Below are positions 10,388-19,203 of a stretch of 64,000 nucleotides of DNA, piece by piece. Positions within the stretch are counted from its first letter, which is position 1. Each line of letters starts with the position of its first letter. The stretch spans positions 192,060-256,059 of the forward strand of contig CAVQRR010000013.1 in the NCBI GenBank assembly GCA_963715325.1, in the 5' to 3' direction. The position numbers and the translations under genes are program-made. The stretch is from an uncultured Acidimicrobiales bacterium. GTDB lineage: Bacteria; Actinomycetota; Acidimicrobiia; Acidimicrobiales; SZUA-35. The notes below the pieces were generated by a model, which was not told where the DNA came from, did not search any database, and saw nothing but the letters and a program-made list of their open reading frames with translations.

Positions 10388-11299
10388 CTAGTGCAATCGA
10401 GAACTGGTGGGGATCGAGTTCGACCGCTCGGCCTGCGACAGCTCGACCGACGGGTTCGGGAGCCGTTTGCTGCCCGGCACCGGCGGGGGCGGCGACACCG
10501 ATCCCACCGCGGGCGGTGATTGTCCTGCTCCGGTGCCCGGTGTCGGCGGTGGCGGGGGCAGCAGGACGCCGGCCCGTGCGAAGAAGCGCTGGGCGTGGAA
10601 ACCGACCACCCGGATCAACGAGTAGTTGGCCGAACCGCCCACCACGGCCCCAACACCGAACGGGAGGACCTTGCCGACGGCCAGCAGGCTGCGCCTCGAA
10701 CCGTATTTGGCAACCACGTTTGCGGCCAACCGGGCATTGAGGCTGCGCAGGGCATCGAGGGAGGCGACATCGCCGCCGACGATCCCCGCCAGCCGGCCCG
10801 CGACCCGGTCGCCGCCGGCGATGGCCCCGGCGTCGACCTCGAACAGCAGCGCCGAGAACTCATCGGCCGCGTCCTCACCGAAGGCCAACACCGACAACAC
10901 CCAAGCTCGACGCTCGTCGACGGTGGCGACGGTTCTGCCGTTGGCCGCACCGATGGTCATCACCAGGTCGGCGGCTCGGACCGCAAACCAGGCGAGGTCG
11001 GCCAGCAACGTTGCTGCGGCGGCGCTGGTGCCGAGGCCGGGGCTGGCCGCCACCGCGCCCGTGGCCGCCCCCATGGTGGTGAGCTCGCGCCTGAATCGCC
11101 GGTTGATGGATCGGACCCGCTTCTCGACGGTGTCGCCCTCGGCCTCGGCCGCTACCCGCAGGGCCCGATCCCATCGGTCCCCGACTGCCTTGTCCACCCC
11201 TTGGAGCATGGCCTTGCCGACCAGATCCAGCGCCGGCGCAGGCAGACGTCCTGCGACCTTGCGCCCGAGATATCGCTTGGACTTCGACACGCTCATCAC
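10388..11299 (-). CDS. Hypothetical protein, possibly EcsC family, with a proline-rich C-terminal tail
   Basis: 303-aa ORF. Its Ala-rich helical core resembles EcsC-type proteins by eye only. The C-terminus is LLPPPPPTPGTGAG..PPPPVPG. Confidence 0.4.
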   Translation of the reverse strand: MMSVSKSKRYLGRKVAGRLPAPALDLVGKAMLQGVDKAVGDRWDRALRVAAEAEGDTVEKRVRSINRRFRRELTTMGAATGAVAASPGLGTSAAAATLLADLAWFAVRAADLVMTIGAANGRTVATVDERRAWVLSVLAFGEDAADEFSALLFEVDAGAIAGGDRVAGRLAGIVGGDVASLDALRSLNARLAANVVAKYGSRRSLLAVGKVLPFGVGAVVGGSANYSLIRVVGFHAQRFFARAGVLLPPPPPTPGTGAGQSPPAVGSVSPPPPVPGSKRLPNPSVELSQAERSNSIPTSSRLH

Positions 11300-11371
11300 T
11301 CCTGCGGGCGAACCGAGACACTGCGCCTCCGCTCACCCGATGCCCATGGTACCGGCCGACCGGCACCTTCC

Positions 11372-11414
11372 CATAAGCCTGGACTTATCAGAAGTCTGGA
11401 CTTATGATAAGTCC
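11372..11414. promoter_or_regulatory. AT-rich palindromes, candidate ArsR-type operator
   Basis: GGACTTATGATAAGTCC (11398-11414) is a perfect 8-1-8 palindrome. ATAAGCCTGGACTTAT (11373-11388) has 5-bp inverted arms. CTGGACTTAT is repeated at 11379 and 11396. The site ends 7 bp before the ArsR start, in otherwise GC-rich DNA. Confidence 0.5.
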
Positions 11415-11420
11415 CATCTT

Positions 11421-11801
11421 ATGAACGACGTGAACGGACTCTCGATCAGGGCGGAACGTCAATTGACGGCACTGGCAAACCCCACCCGCCGGGCGGTGTA
11501 TGACATCGTCCGAGCCCAGCCGTCGTCGGTCGGTGCGGTGACGGCCGAACTGCCGGTTTCCCAGCCTGCGGTGAGTCAACACCTGCGGGTCCTGGTCGAG
11601 GCCGGACTGGTGTCGGCGACGCCGGTTGGTGCAAGGCGGGTTTACGCCGCCGATCGGACGGGCATCGCCGATCTCCGAGCATGGATCGACGGGTTGTGGG
11701 ACGACGTGCTCGACGGCTTCGTCGACGCGGCGGAGGGCGTGTCGACGTCGTCGAAGCGCCAGAAGCGGGTTCAGGAGCCGAACGAGGAGGCACTGTCATG
11801 A
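11421..11801 (+). CDS. ArsR/SmtB family transcriptional regulator
   Basis: ATG at 11421 within ORF 10626..11801: LTALANPTRRAVYDIV...SVGAVTAELPVSQPAVSQHLRVLVEAGLV, a winged-helix HTH of ArsR type. Confidence 0.85.
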   Translation: MNDVNGLSIRAERQLTALANPTRRAVYDIVRAQPSSVGAVTAELPVSQPAVSQHLRVLVEAGLVSATPVGARRVYAADRTGIADLRAWIDGLWDDVLDGFVDAAEGVSTSSKRQKRVQEPNEEALS

Positions 11802-12286
11802 GGAAGTCAATCGAACCGGTGCCGCCGGTGGTGAAGGTCCGAGAGGTCGACCTGGCCATCGACGATGCCTTCGATCTGTTCACCACCGGGATGGGTGGGT
11901 GGTGGCCGTTGGCCACCCACTCGATCGCCGGTGAACGAGCCGCGGACGTCAGGTTCGAGCCGAGGGTCGGTGGGCGGGTGGTCGAGATCGCCGAGGACGG
12001 CATCGAGCACGAGTGGGCCGATGTGATCGCCTGGGATCCACCGCAGCGGTTCGTCGTCGCCTGGCACCCGACCCCGGAGCCGGTGGCCTCGTCGATCCTC
12101 GAAGTCCGGTTCGAGTCGACCGACGGTGGATGCCGACTTCATCTCGAACACCGGGGCTGGGAGGAGTTCGGGCTCGAGGCCGGCACCGAGGCCCGCAACG
12201 GCTACGACCCCGGTTGGGACAACGTGCTCGACACGCTGATGGCGTCGATCGGCTCGCAGCCACAGCGGGTCGGGCCCGTCGGCTGA
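11798..12286 (+). CDS. SRPBCC superfamily protein (Aha1/AHSA1-like)
   Basis: The ATG at 11798 overlaps the ArsR stop (ATGA). WWPLATHSI..RFEPRVGGRVVE..VIAWDPPQRFVVAW..GW is typical of the ArsR-associated SRPBCC/Aha1 domain. Confidence 0.75.
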   Translation: MRKSIEPVPPVVKVREVDLAIDDAFDLFTTGMGGWWPLATHSIAGERAADVRFEPRVGGRVVEIAEDGIEHEWADVIAWDPPQRFVVAWHPTPEPVASSILEVRFESTDGGCRLHLEHRGWEEFGLEAGTEARNGYDPGWDNVLDTLMASIGSQPQRVGPVG

Positions 12287-12456
12287 TCATCGATCACCAC
12301 GACCATCGGAGACTCGTCGACCCCGGCGGCCCTGGTCACGGATCCCCGGGCCCTGACTTCGGACCCGGACCCGGACCTCGGACCTCGAACCCCGCACGTC
12401 GGACTGCAGACCAGACCGTAGACCGCTGACGGGCTCGGTTCGACGTCGGCGCGCTC

Positions 12457-13851
12457 TCAGCCGCCCGCCGTGTCCTCGGCCCAGACCATGTGGCTGATCG
12501 GCCGATCGACGAAGATCCGCCATGACCGATCGTCCCCGGTGTCCCAGGCGATGATGTCGTCGCCGAAGGCATAGGCCAACCACCGCCCGTCCGGTGACCA
12601 CGCCACCGGTGAATCTTCGTTGACGCTCTCCGACAGGGCGGTCGCCGTCCCGGTTTCGAGGTCGATCCAGCGGGGCAGGGCAACACCTCGCCGGTCGACG
12701 ACCGCCAACCTGTCACCGTCGGGTGAGACGGCGGCGCCGGGTGCCCACGAGTCGATGGGCCGGTCGGCCAGCTGCTCCGGCACCGGCACCGACCGCCGAT
12801 TTGGTTCATCGGGCGGGCCCACATCGATCCGGCAGTCGTCTGGGCGGTCACAGCGGACCATGAACAGGTTGCGGCCGTCGTACCCGGCCTCCACACCCTC
12901 GGCAACCAGCTCGGCCGTGCCGTCGTCATCGAGCAACCAGACCGCACCGGCCTTGTAGACCAACGGGCGACCCTGCCAGGCACCGAGCAGCTCGACGTCG
13001 TAGCCGAGGCTCAGCGATCCGTCACCGTCCCCGATCCTGCTGGAGATGATCACCTGGCGGGTCGGTTGTCCGTCGCTGACCAGCACGACCCCGCCATCGC
13101 CGGGAAGCAAGTGGTGGGCCGCAACATCGGCAGCCTCGACCTCGCCACCGGGCAGCACCGCCAGCAGGGTGGAATCGGTCAGGACGAGGGGCCGCTCGTC
13201 GAACAACGAGTACAGCATCGTGCCGGGACGGAGGCCGGAGGGAACCTGGATCTCGGTCGGCTGGTCATCGGAGCGGCGGATCTGCACCACCGAGCCGGCA
13301 GGACCGTATGCCAGCAGCAGGTCCGGCATGTCTGCAGACAGGTCGGCCCGCAACTCGGGGATCGGCCCCAGGGGCTCCCCGTCGTCGGTTCCCGCTTCGT
13401 CGTCGGTCTGTGCCGAATCGGCTCTCGGGGTCGGCACCGGCTGGGGCAGCGTGGTGTCGGTACTTCGTTGCGGTTCTTCGATCGGGGTGTCCGGCACCAC
13501 GTTCTGGCGGTTCTGACGTTGAAGGATCTCCTGTTGCTTGTTGGCCGGCAACTGATCGAACGGATCCTGGTCGCCCGGTCGGGATATCAGCGCCAGCGCC
13601 AGGAGCACAACGGCGACGGCGGCGAGTCCCAACACTCGGGCCGATGTCGATGAGAAGACCGATGGCGACGTCTCACGGGGCGATTCACTCAGCCGGTAGG
13701 CCGAAGGCTCGGCCTCGAGGAACTCGATCGACTGGTCCGTCGACTTCTGCTCCTGCGGCCCGTCGTCCAGCCAGCCGGCGTTGTCGACCCACGGGCTGCT
13801 GTCGATCTTCTCCTTCCAGGCCAGTCGATGGCCGGCACCGGACTTTGCCAT
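12457..13851 (-). CDS. Membrane-anchored protein with a TolB-like (PD40) beta-propeller region
   Basis: 464-aa ORF with one TM segment (VLGLAAVAVVLLALALI). The C-terminus has PD40-like repeats (VSPDGDRLAVV, WSPDGRWLAYA). Confidence 0.6.
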   Translation of the reverse strand: MAKSGAGHRLAWKEKIDSSPWVDNAGWLDDGPQEQKSTDQSIEFLEAEPSAYRLSESPRETSPSVFSSTSARVLGLAAVAVVLLALALISRPGDQDPFDQLPANKQQEILQRQNRQNVVPDTPIEEPQRSTDTTLPQPVPTPRADSAQTDDEAGTDDGEPLGPIPELRADLSADMPDLLLAYGPAGSVVQIRRSDDQPTEIQVPSGLRPGTMLYSLFDERPLVLTDSTLLAVLPGGEVEAADVAAHHLLPGDGGVVLVSDGQPTRQVIISSRIGDGDGSLSLGYDVELLGAWQGRPLVYKAGAVWLLDDDGTAELVAEGVEAGYDGRNLFMVRCDRPDDCRIDVGPPDEPNRRSVPVPEQLADRPIDSWAPGAAVSPDGDRLAVVDRRGVALPRWIDLETGTATALSESVNEDSPVAWSPDGRWLAYAFGDDIIAWDTGDDRSWRIFVDRPISHMVWAEDTAGG

Positions 13852-14128
13852 TGCGCTCCCTCCCCCGATGAGCAGGGCCGTCGAGCCAATGGTAGGCCGA
13901 GCGGCAATCCCGGTCCCACTCCGGCGTCGGGCCCGGCACCAGGAGGACCTCGTGGCCCCCCTGCTAGTGCCTTGGCCACGAACGTTCGCCCGGGTTTGGG
14001 CGAGTCAATGGCGTCTCTGGCAAGGATGCAGGAGTCCCGCTCACTTGTGAGCGTGAGAGGGACGACGAGGACGCAGTCCAGAGGGGCAAGCTGCCGACCA
14101 AACACCGCAAAGGTTTGTGGTCATGGCA

Positions 14129-14530
14129 CTACACGGCGGCGATGAACATCGAGCGGAGGGCCAGCCCCATGAGGAAGAGGCCACCAAGCCCGTACAGGAG
14201 GTAGCGCCACTGCTCGAGCTGCTGGCGATAGCTGTAGATGATGCCGACGGTGAACAGGGCGACGAACCCGTAGAAGAGGTGCACACCGTTGACCTCGATG
14301 TCGTTGACCCGCATGTTGATCACACCGACGATCACCTGCACCGCGATGAGGATCTCAGCAATCGCCGTGCCGATCCACAGGGCCCGGTGCCGCAGACCGG
14401 TGAACCAGTGGGCGGCCAGAGCCCACAACCCGGCGGCGGCGTTCGACAGCACCACCGCCCATCCCAGCGTGACGTGCAGATCGTGCAGGCTCATCGACGG
14501 CACCCCGGTCGCTCCATGGGGTTCGAGCAT
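14129..14530 (-). CDS. Small integral membrane protein (about 4 TM), hypothetical
   Basis: C-terminal part of ORF 14129..14701. It is hydrophobic: GWAVVLSNAAAGLWALAA.., IGTAIAEILIAVQVIVGV.., LFYGFVALFTVGIIY.., LLYGLGGLFLMGLAL. Start is either 14530 or 14494. Confidence 0.55.
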   Translation of the reverse strand: MLEPHGATGVPSMSLHDLHVTLGWAVVLSNAAAGLWALAAHWFTGLRHRALWIGTAIAEILIAVQVIVGVINMRVNDIEVNGVHLFYGFVALFTVGIIYSYRQQLEQWRYLLYGLGGLFLMGLALRSMFIAAV

Positions 14531-14553
14531 AGGAACTGTGCCACAGTAACGGG

Positions 14554-14847
14554 GTGCGCCATCGCCGGTATTACATCGAGTCGCTGTGGACATCGGGACT
14601 CCCTGTCCCTTCGACCGGCGGCGACCTGATCGTCGCGGCCAAGGAACAGACCCCGGATCTCGACTGGGAACTGGTCCACCGCTCGTCTGAGAACTGGCCA
14701 CTGCGCAAGGAGCCGTACGATCTCGACATGGTCGGACCGGAGGGACGCTTCACCGGCCCCGCCATCCTTGTGCGATCCGACGGCCGATCCCACGTGTTCC
14801 GGGGCGTCGGCGACCTCGAGGGCTTCAACCCCCGGGAGCTGGCCTGA
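14554..14847 (+). CDS. Hypothetical protein
   Basis: 97-aa ORF with GC3-rich codon usage throughout. I recognised no motif. Confidence 0.4.
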   Translation: MRHRRYYIESLWTSGLPVPSTGGDLIVAAKEQTPDLDWELVHRSSENWPLRKEPYDLDMVGPEGRFTGPAILVRSDGRSHVFRGVGDLEGFNPRELA

Positions 14848-14896
14848 CCCATCGCCCGGCGTCGTCCCGGACGAGGTTCGGACTGCGATCAGATCG

Positions 14897-15697
14897 TCAC
14901 AGGCCCGGCAGCAGCTCGACCTCGATCGGTCCGCCGGTGGCGGTCTTTCCCGGCACCGCGTACCACTCGCTTGCGAACACCTTGGCGAACCGATCGGGCG
15001 GCATGTAGAGAAAGAAGCTTTGATCCGAGATCTGGCTGCGATGGACGGCCATGGCGGCCCGTTTGGCCTCCAGGTGGTCCGAGATGTCCACCGAATACGC
15101 CAGGTCGGCCTCTGCGACCCCGAACTCGTCGAAGTCGTCGACAGATGGTCCCTCGACCCCGTCAGCCTCCATCTCGGCCGACATCTCGGCCATGGACGCC
15201 AGCGCTCGATCACGGTTGACGGTGGCCTCGTACAGGTGACCGATGGAGGCGATCTCGGCCGCACGCAGCCCGACCCGGTGGACCTGGATGTGGTCGGGAT
15301 GGCCGTAGAGGCCGTGGTCGTCGTAGATGGTCAGCACGTCAGCGTCGACGTCGGTCAGGATCTCGGCCAACCGCTGGGACGCCTCCTCGACATCGGCCTG
15401 CCAGAAGCAGCGAGGGTTCTCGTTGGCCGGATCGTCCATCATGCCGGAGTCCTCGTAGCCAAGGAACCGCGGTGGTCCGGCACCCAGGATCACGCACGCT
15501 TCGGCCAATTCGATCATCCGCCGTTCCCACAACAACTCACCGGCGGCCAGCACACCGGGCTGTGGTTCGCCCTGCTCTCCCTTGGTGGCGGTGACCAGTA
15601 TCACCCGGTGCCCGGCCGCGGCGGCCTTGGCCATAAGACCCCCGGTACTGAGCGCTTCGTCGTCGGGATGGGCGTGGAAACAGACAAGCGTCGACAT
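14897..15697 (-). CDS. PIG-L/LmbE family deacetylase (MshB/Mca-like)
   Basis: From the ATG at 15697: MSTLVCFHAHPDDEAL..GHPDHIQVH, the zinc-binding motifs of the LmbE family. Confidence 0.8.
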   Translation of the reverse strand: MSTLVCFHAHPDDEALSTGGLMAKAAAAGHRVILVTATKGEQGEPQPGVLAAGELLWERRMIELAEACVILGAGPPRFLGYEDSGMMDDPANENPRCFWQADVEEASQRLAEILTDVDADVLTIYDDHGLYGHPDHIQVHRVGLRAAEIASIGHLYEATVNRDRALASMAEMSAEMEADGVEGPSVDDFDEFGVAEADLAYSVDISDHLEAKRAAMAVHRSQISDQSFFLYMPPDRFAKVFASEWYAVPGKTATGGPIEVELLPGL

Positions 15698-15762
15698 CGG
15701 GACAAGCCTATTGAGCCGATCGCCGACCAACGAGAAAAACCGGCGGTGAGTAGTATGGTCTG

Positions 15763-16569
15763 GTGCTATCAGAGCAGAAGTACGGGCGGGGCGCTGAACC
15801 GGGGGTCCGTCCCAGCCCCATCTTCATCGCCATACTCCTGGTAACCGCACTGGCGGGGTGGGTCACCACCGCAGACATCGGCCTCCCGCGGTTGGCGGTG
15901 TTCGTCTTCGTGGCCGGGGCCTGGACGCTCTCGATCATCTTCCACGAATTCGCCCATGCCTTCCTGGCCTGGCGAGGCGGGGACCGATCGGTGCCCCAGC
16001 GGGGCTACCTGACCCTCGACCCCCGAAAGTACACCCACCCCGTTCTGTCCTTCGGGTTGCCGCTGCTGTTCATTCTGATGGGCGGTATCGGCCTGCCGGG
16101 CGGGGCGGTGCTGTTGAACCGGAGCGTGCTCAGCGACGGCCGGGCCTCGGTGGTTGCGCTGGCCGGGCCGTTCACCAACCTGATGTTCGGCTGCGGTGCA
16201 CTGGCCCTCATCGGCTTCGACGTGATCGACGGGACCACCCAGCCCTATCTGGCCTCCGCCGTCGGGTTCTTCGGCTTCCTCCAGATCGCGGTGTTCGTCC
16301 TCAACATGTTGCCGATCCCCGGCTTCGACGGTTACGCCGCCATCGAGCCGACGCTCTCGCCGTCGACCCAGCAGCTGCTGCGGCCGGTGGCCAGATACGG
16401 GGCCTTGGTGGCCATCCTGATGATCTGGCGGATCCAGCCGGTGGCGGACGCATTCTGGGCCGCGGTCACCTTCTTCACCGAGCTCTTCGGGGTCCAGTTC
16501 GACCAGTGGCGCTGCGGCTACTTCCAGTTCAAGTTCTGGGACTCCAACGTGCCGCCGGTCTGCCGCTGA
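15763..16569 (+). CDS. Site-2 protease family (peptidase M50) membrane protein
   Basis: 268-aa polytopic ORF with the HExxH motif (IFHEFAHAFLA) and the second motif NMLPIPGFDGY. Confidence 0.8.
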   Translation: MLSEQKYGRGAEPGVRPSPIFIAILLVTALAGWVTTADIGLPRLAVFVFVAGAWTLSIIFHEFAHAFLAWRGGDRSVPQRGYLTLDPRKYTHPVLSFGLPLLFILMGGIGLPGGAVLLNRSVLSDGRASVVALAGPFTNLMFGCGALALIGFDVIDGTTQPYLASAVGFFGFLQIAVFVLNMLPIPGFDGYAAIEPTLSPSTQQLLRPVARYGALVAILMIWRIQPVADAFWAAVTFFTELFGVQFDQWRCGYFQFKFWDSNVPPVCR

Positions 16570-16586
16570 CGACGTCGGCTCGGCTG

Positions 16587-17666
16587 TCAGCAGCTACCAG
16601 GCGATGGCTTGCGGGGGATGGTCGGGTCGACCACCTCGATGTGGACATGGGGCCAGGAGGGTTCGGCCGTCAGCTCGTCGACCTGCGACCGGAACGGAAA
16701 GGTCGTTGGACCCGAGGCCAAACGGTCGCCGACGGCAACCCGCTGACCTTTGCGGACTGCGACGTTCTGAATGTGCAGGATCTTGACCTCGAGGTCGGCT
16801 CGACCGTCTGGATTGATCACGACATAGCCGTCGCGGTAGCGGCAATACAACGTGTAGCCACCGGCCCGTGCCACCGTGCCGCTGACCGGGGAGGTGATGG
16901 CGGTGTACGGCTCGGCAACGATGTCGATCGCTCCCCGCTCGTGGGTGCCCCGCCTGCGGGATGCCATGGTCGTCAAACGGACCGGGGACGGGTCCGCTGC
17001 GCTCATGGCAAGCGCCCCGGGGTGGCTCGACTGGTGGAAGCCGGCTCGCTCGATCAGGGCCGAGGGGGCGACGATGGTCAGACCGGCAACGGTGGCCAGG
17101 GGCGCACCTTCGACCGCCTCGACCCGCCGACCGGTCGAGTCGCCGTCGGGCCGGGAGCAGGCTCTGGGCGGCACACCGTCGGAGGGATAGCGGTGGCGGC
17201 CGACGAACTCGGGAGACAACGACACGTACAACACCACCCCGCCCCGGGTGAGCTCTCGCCGCGCCAGGAGGCCGGTCCAGTAGCCGAGCCCATCGGGGTC
17301 GGCGGGTCGATCGAGCACGTTGCGGTAGATCAGCTCGACGAAGTCCCGATCGGCGGTCTCCCCGTAGCGACGTCCGAACTCGGCGCTCACGGAAAAGGAG
17401 TCTGCGATGGTGTCGAGGCCGACACAGTCGTCGATTTCGGTGATCCAGTACAGCGCCCCTTCGGGATCGGGTTGGCGTTGGAAGAACGCCCAGTAGAGGC
17501 GAAACGCCGTTGCGTGGTCGCCGGTCAGCTCATCGAGGCCGGCGATGGTCTCGAAGTCGGCCGACTCATCGACCGTCGACGCCCCTACGGGCTGCGGCGA
17601 CACGATCGACGACATCATCACCGCCACGATCGATGCAGCCGCCAACGAGCGGACTTGGTTCATCAT
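16587..17666 (-). CDS. Secreted DUF4214-domain protein with a C-terminal M23/LytM-like peptidase domain
   Basis: From the ATG at 17666 there is a signal-like MMNQVRSLAAASIVAVMMSSIVSPQPVGA. DUF4214-type repeats follow (FRLYWAFFQRQPDPEGALYW, ELIYRNVLDRPADPDGLGYW). The C-terminus has THERGAIDI..PHVHIEV, resembling M23 metal ligands. Confidence 0.6.
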   Translation of the reverse strand: MMNQVRSLAAASIVAVMMSSIVSPQPVGASTVDESADFETIAGLDELTGDHATAFRLYWAFFQRQPDPEGALYWITEIDDCVGLDTIADSFSVSAEFGRRYGETADRDFVELIYRNVLDRPADPDGLGYWTGLLARRELTRGGVVLYVSLSPEFVGRHRYPSDGVPPRACSRPDGDSTGRRVEAVEGAPLATVAGLTIVAPSALIERAGFHQSSHPGALAMSAADPSPVRLTTMASRRRGTHERGAIDIVAEPYTAITSPVSGTVARAGGYTLYCRYRDGYVVINPDGRADLEVKILHIQNVAVRKGQRVAVGDRLASGPTTFPFRSQVDELTAEPSWPHVHIEVVDPTIPRKPSPGSC

Positions 17667-17875
17667 TGCGCGAAGCCATCCAGTGGGCGTTGTTCGGTAC
17701 GACCTCATGGTCGAACCCGTCGGCCGATGCACCGACTGGTGAAGGACATACCCAGTGTGGCCCAGCCATCGATGACGGCGGCGGACCACGACCTGTCGAC
17801 AGCCGACACCAGCCCCGACCCGGGGCCGGGGTGCGGCTCGGGCGGACAGGAGACCGGCGCAGGGCCGGGCTCAGG

Positions 17876-19021
17876 TCAGGCGATGGCGTTCGTCTGGTGC
17901 AGCTTGGCGATGTCCTCGGTGTCGAAACCGAACCCGGCCAGGATCTCATCGGTGTGCTGGCCGGTGTGAGGGGCCGGCATCCGCAACTCGGGTGACGTCC
18001 GGCTGAACCGGGGTGCCGGCGCGGCCTGGGTCATGCCCCCGTACTCGACGAAGGTGCCCCGCTCGACGTTGTGGGGGTGCCGGGTTGCCTCGTCCATGGT
18101 CAGCACCGGCGCGAAGCACACGTCGGAGTGCTCCATGATCTCACACCACTCGGCCCTGGTCTTGGTCTTGAACAGGTCGGCCACCCGCTGCTTGTTCGCC
18201 GGCCAGGCCTTGCGATCGTTCTGGGGGGCCATCGCCGGGTCCTGGCCGAGACCGGACAGCTCCATGAGCTCGGCGTAGAACTGGGGCTCGATCGAACCGA
18301 TGGAGATGTAGAGCCCGTCGCTGCACTCATAGACGTCGTAGAACGGGGCTCCGGTGTCGAGCATGTTGGTGCCGCGCTCGTCGTTCCAGACCCCGGCCGC
18401 CTTCATCGACCAGAACATGTTCATCAGCGACGCTGCGCCGTCGACCATGGCGGTGTCGACCACCTGACCCTGGCCGCTGCGTTGAGCCTCCAGGATGCCG
18501 CACACCATGCCGAAGGCCAGGTACATCCCGCCACCGCCGAAGTCGCCGACCAGGTTGAGCGGTGGATGGGGTGGGCCGCCCTTGCGACCGATGGGCTCCA
18601 GGGCACCGGCCAGGGCGATGTAGTTGATGTCGTGGCCGGCGGCCAGGGAGTACGGGCCCTCCTGACCCCATCCGGTCATCCGGCCATAGACGAGTTTCGG
18701 GTTGCGGGCGGCGCAGGCCTCGGGGCCGAGGCCCATGCGCTCGGTCACGCCGGGACGGAAGCCCTCGATCAGGCCATCGGCCTTCTCCACCATCTTCAGA
18801 ACCGTCTCGACACCATCCGGGTTCTTCAGGTCGATCCCGATCGAGCGGCGGTTCCTGGTCAGGGTGTCCTTCGGCGGGTCCTGGGCATCACCGCCCCTGA
18901 CCGCGGCGGCACGATCTACCCGGATGACATCGGCCCCCATGTCTGCCAGCATCATGGCGCAGAACGGTCCGGGGCCGATACCGGCCAGTTCGATGATGGT
19001 GATTCCCTCTAACGGTCCCAT
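17876..19021 (-). CDS. mcr: Family III CoA-transferase, alpha-methylacyl-CoA racemase-like
   Basis: 381-aa ORF. IIELAGIGPGPFCAMMLADMGADVIRVDR..GFRPGVTERMGLGP..GHDINYIALAG..PLNLVGDFGGGG..IEPQFY closely parallels mycobacterial MCR as recalled. Confidence 0.8.
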   Translation of the reverse strand: MGPLEGITIIELAGIGPGPFCAMMLADMGADVIRVDRAAAVRGGDAQDPPKDTLTRNRRSIGIDLKNPDGVETVLKMVEKADGLIEGFRPGVTERMGLGPEACAARNPKLVYGRMTGWGQEGPYSLAAGHDINYIALAGALEPIGRKGGPPHPPLNLVGDFGGGGMYLAFGMVCGILEAQRSGQGQVVDTAMVDGAASLMNMFWSMKAAGVWNDERGTNMLDTGAPFYDVYECSDGLYISIGSIEPQFYAELMELSGLGQDPAMAPQNDRKAWPANKQRVADLFKTKTRAEWCEIMEHSDVCFAPVLTMDEATRHPHNVERGTFVEYGGMTQAAPAPRFSRTSPELRMPAPHTGQHTDEILAGFGFDTEDIAKLHQTNAIA

Positions 19022-19203
19022 GCCCTCACCGTAGATCGATCTTCGACGACCGATCTAGTTCAACCGGTGGCCGACCTTGAACGGGATGTGGACGACGTTC
19101 GGCCCTGCTTGTCGCTGTTTCTCATCCCAGATCGAAAAACGAACAGACGGTAGCGTGCCTGGTTTGGGGTTCCCGGAGCCCTGAAACGAAAGGAAAAACC
19201 CTG

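Noticed and set aside
13852-14128. 277-nt spacer upstream of the TolB-like gene examined for a riboswitch or small gene. It contains the CGCTCA-CTTG-TGAGCG hairpin at 14037-14052.
   Set aside because: No recognisable riboswitch core (TPP, SAM, cobalamin, glycine, Mn, fluoride) and no ORF with coding-like composition. The hairpin is more simply a terminator for the upstream membrane-protein gene.
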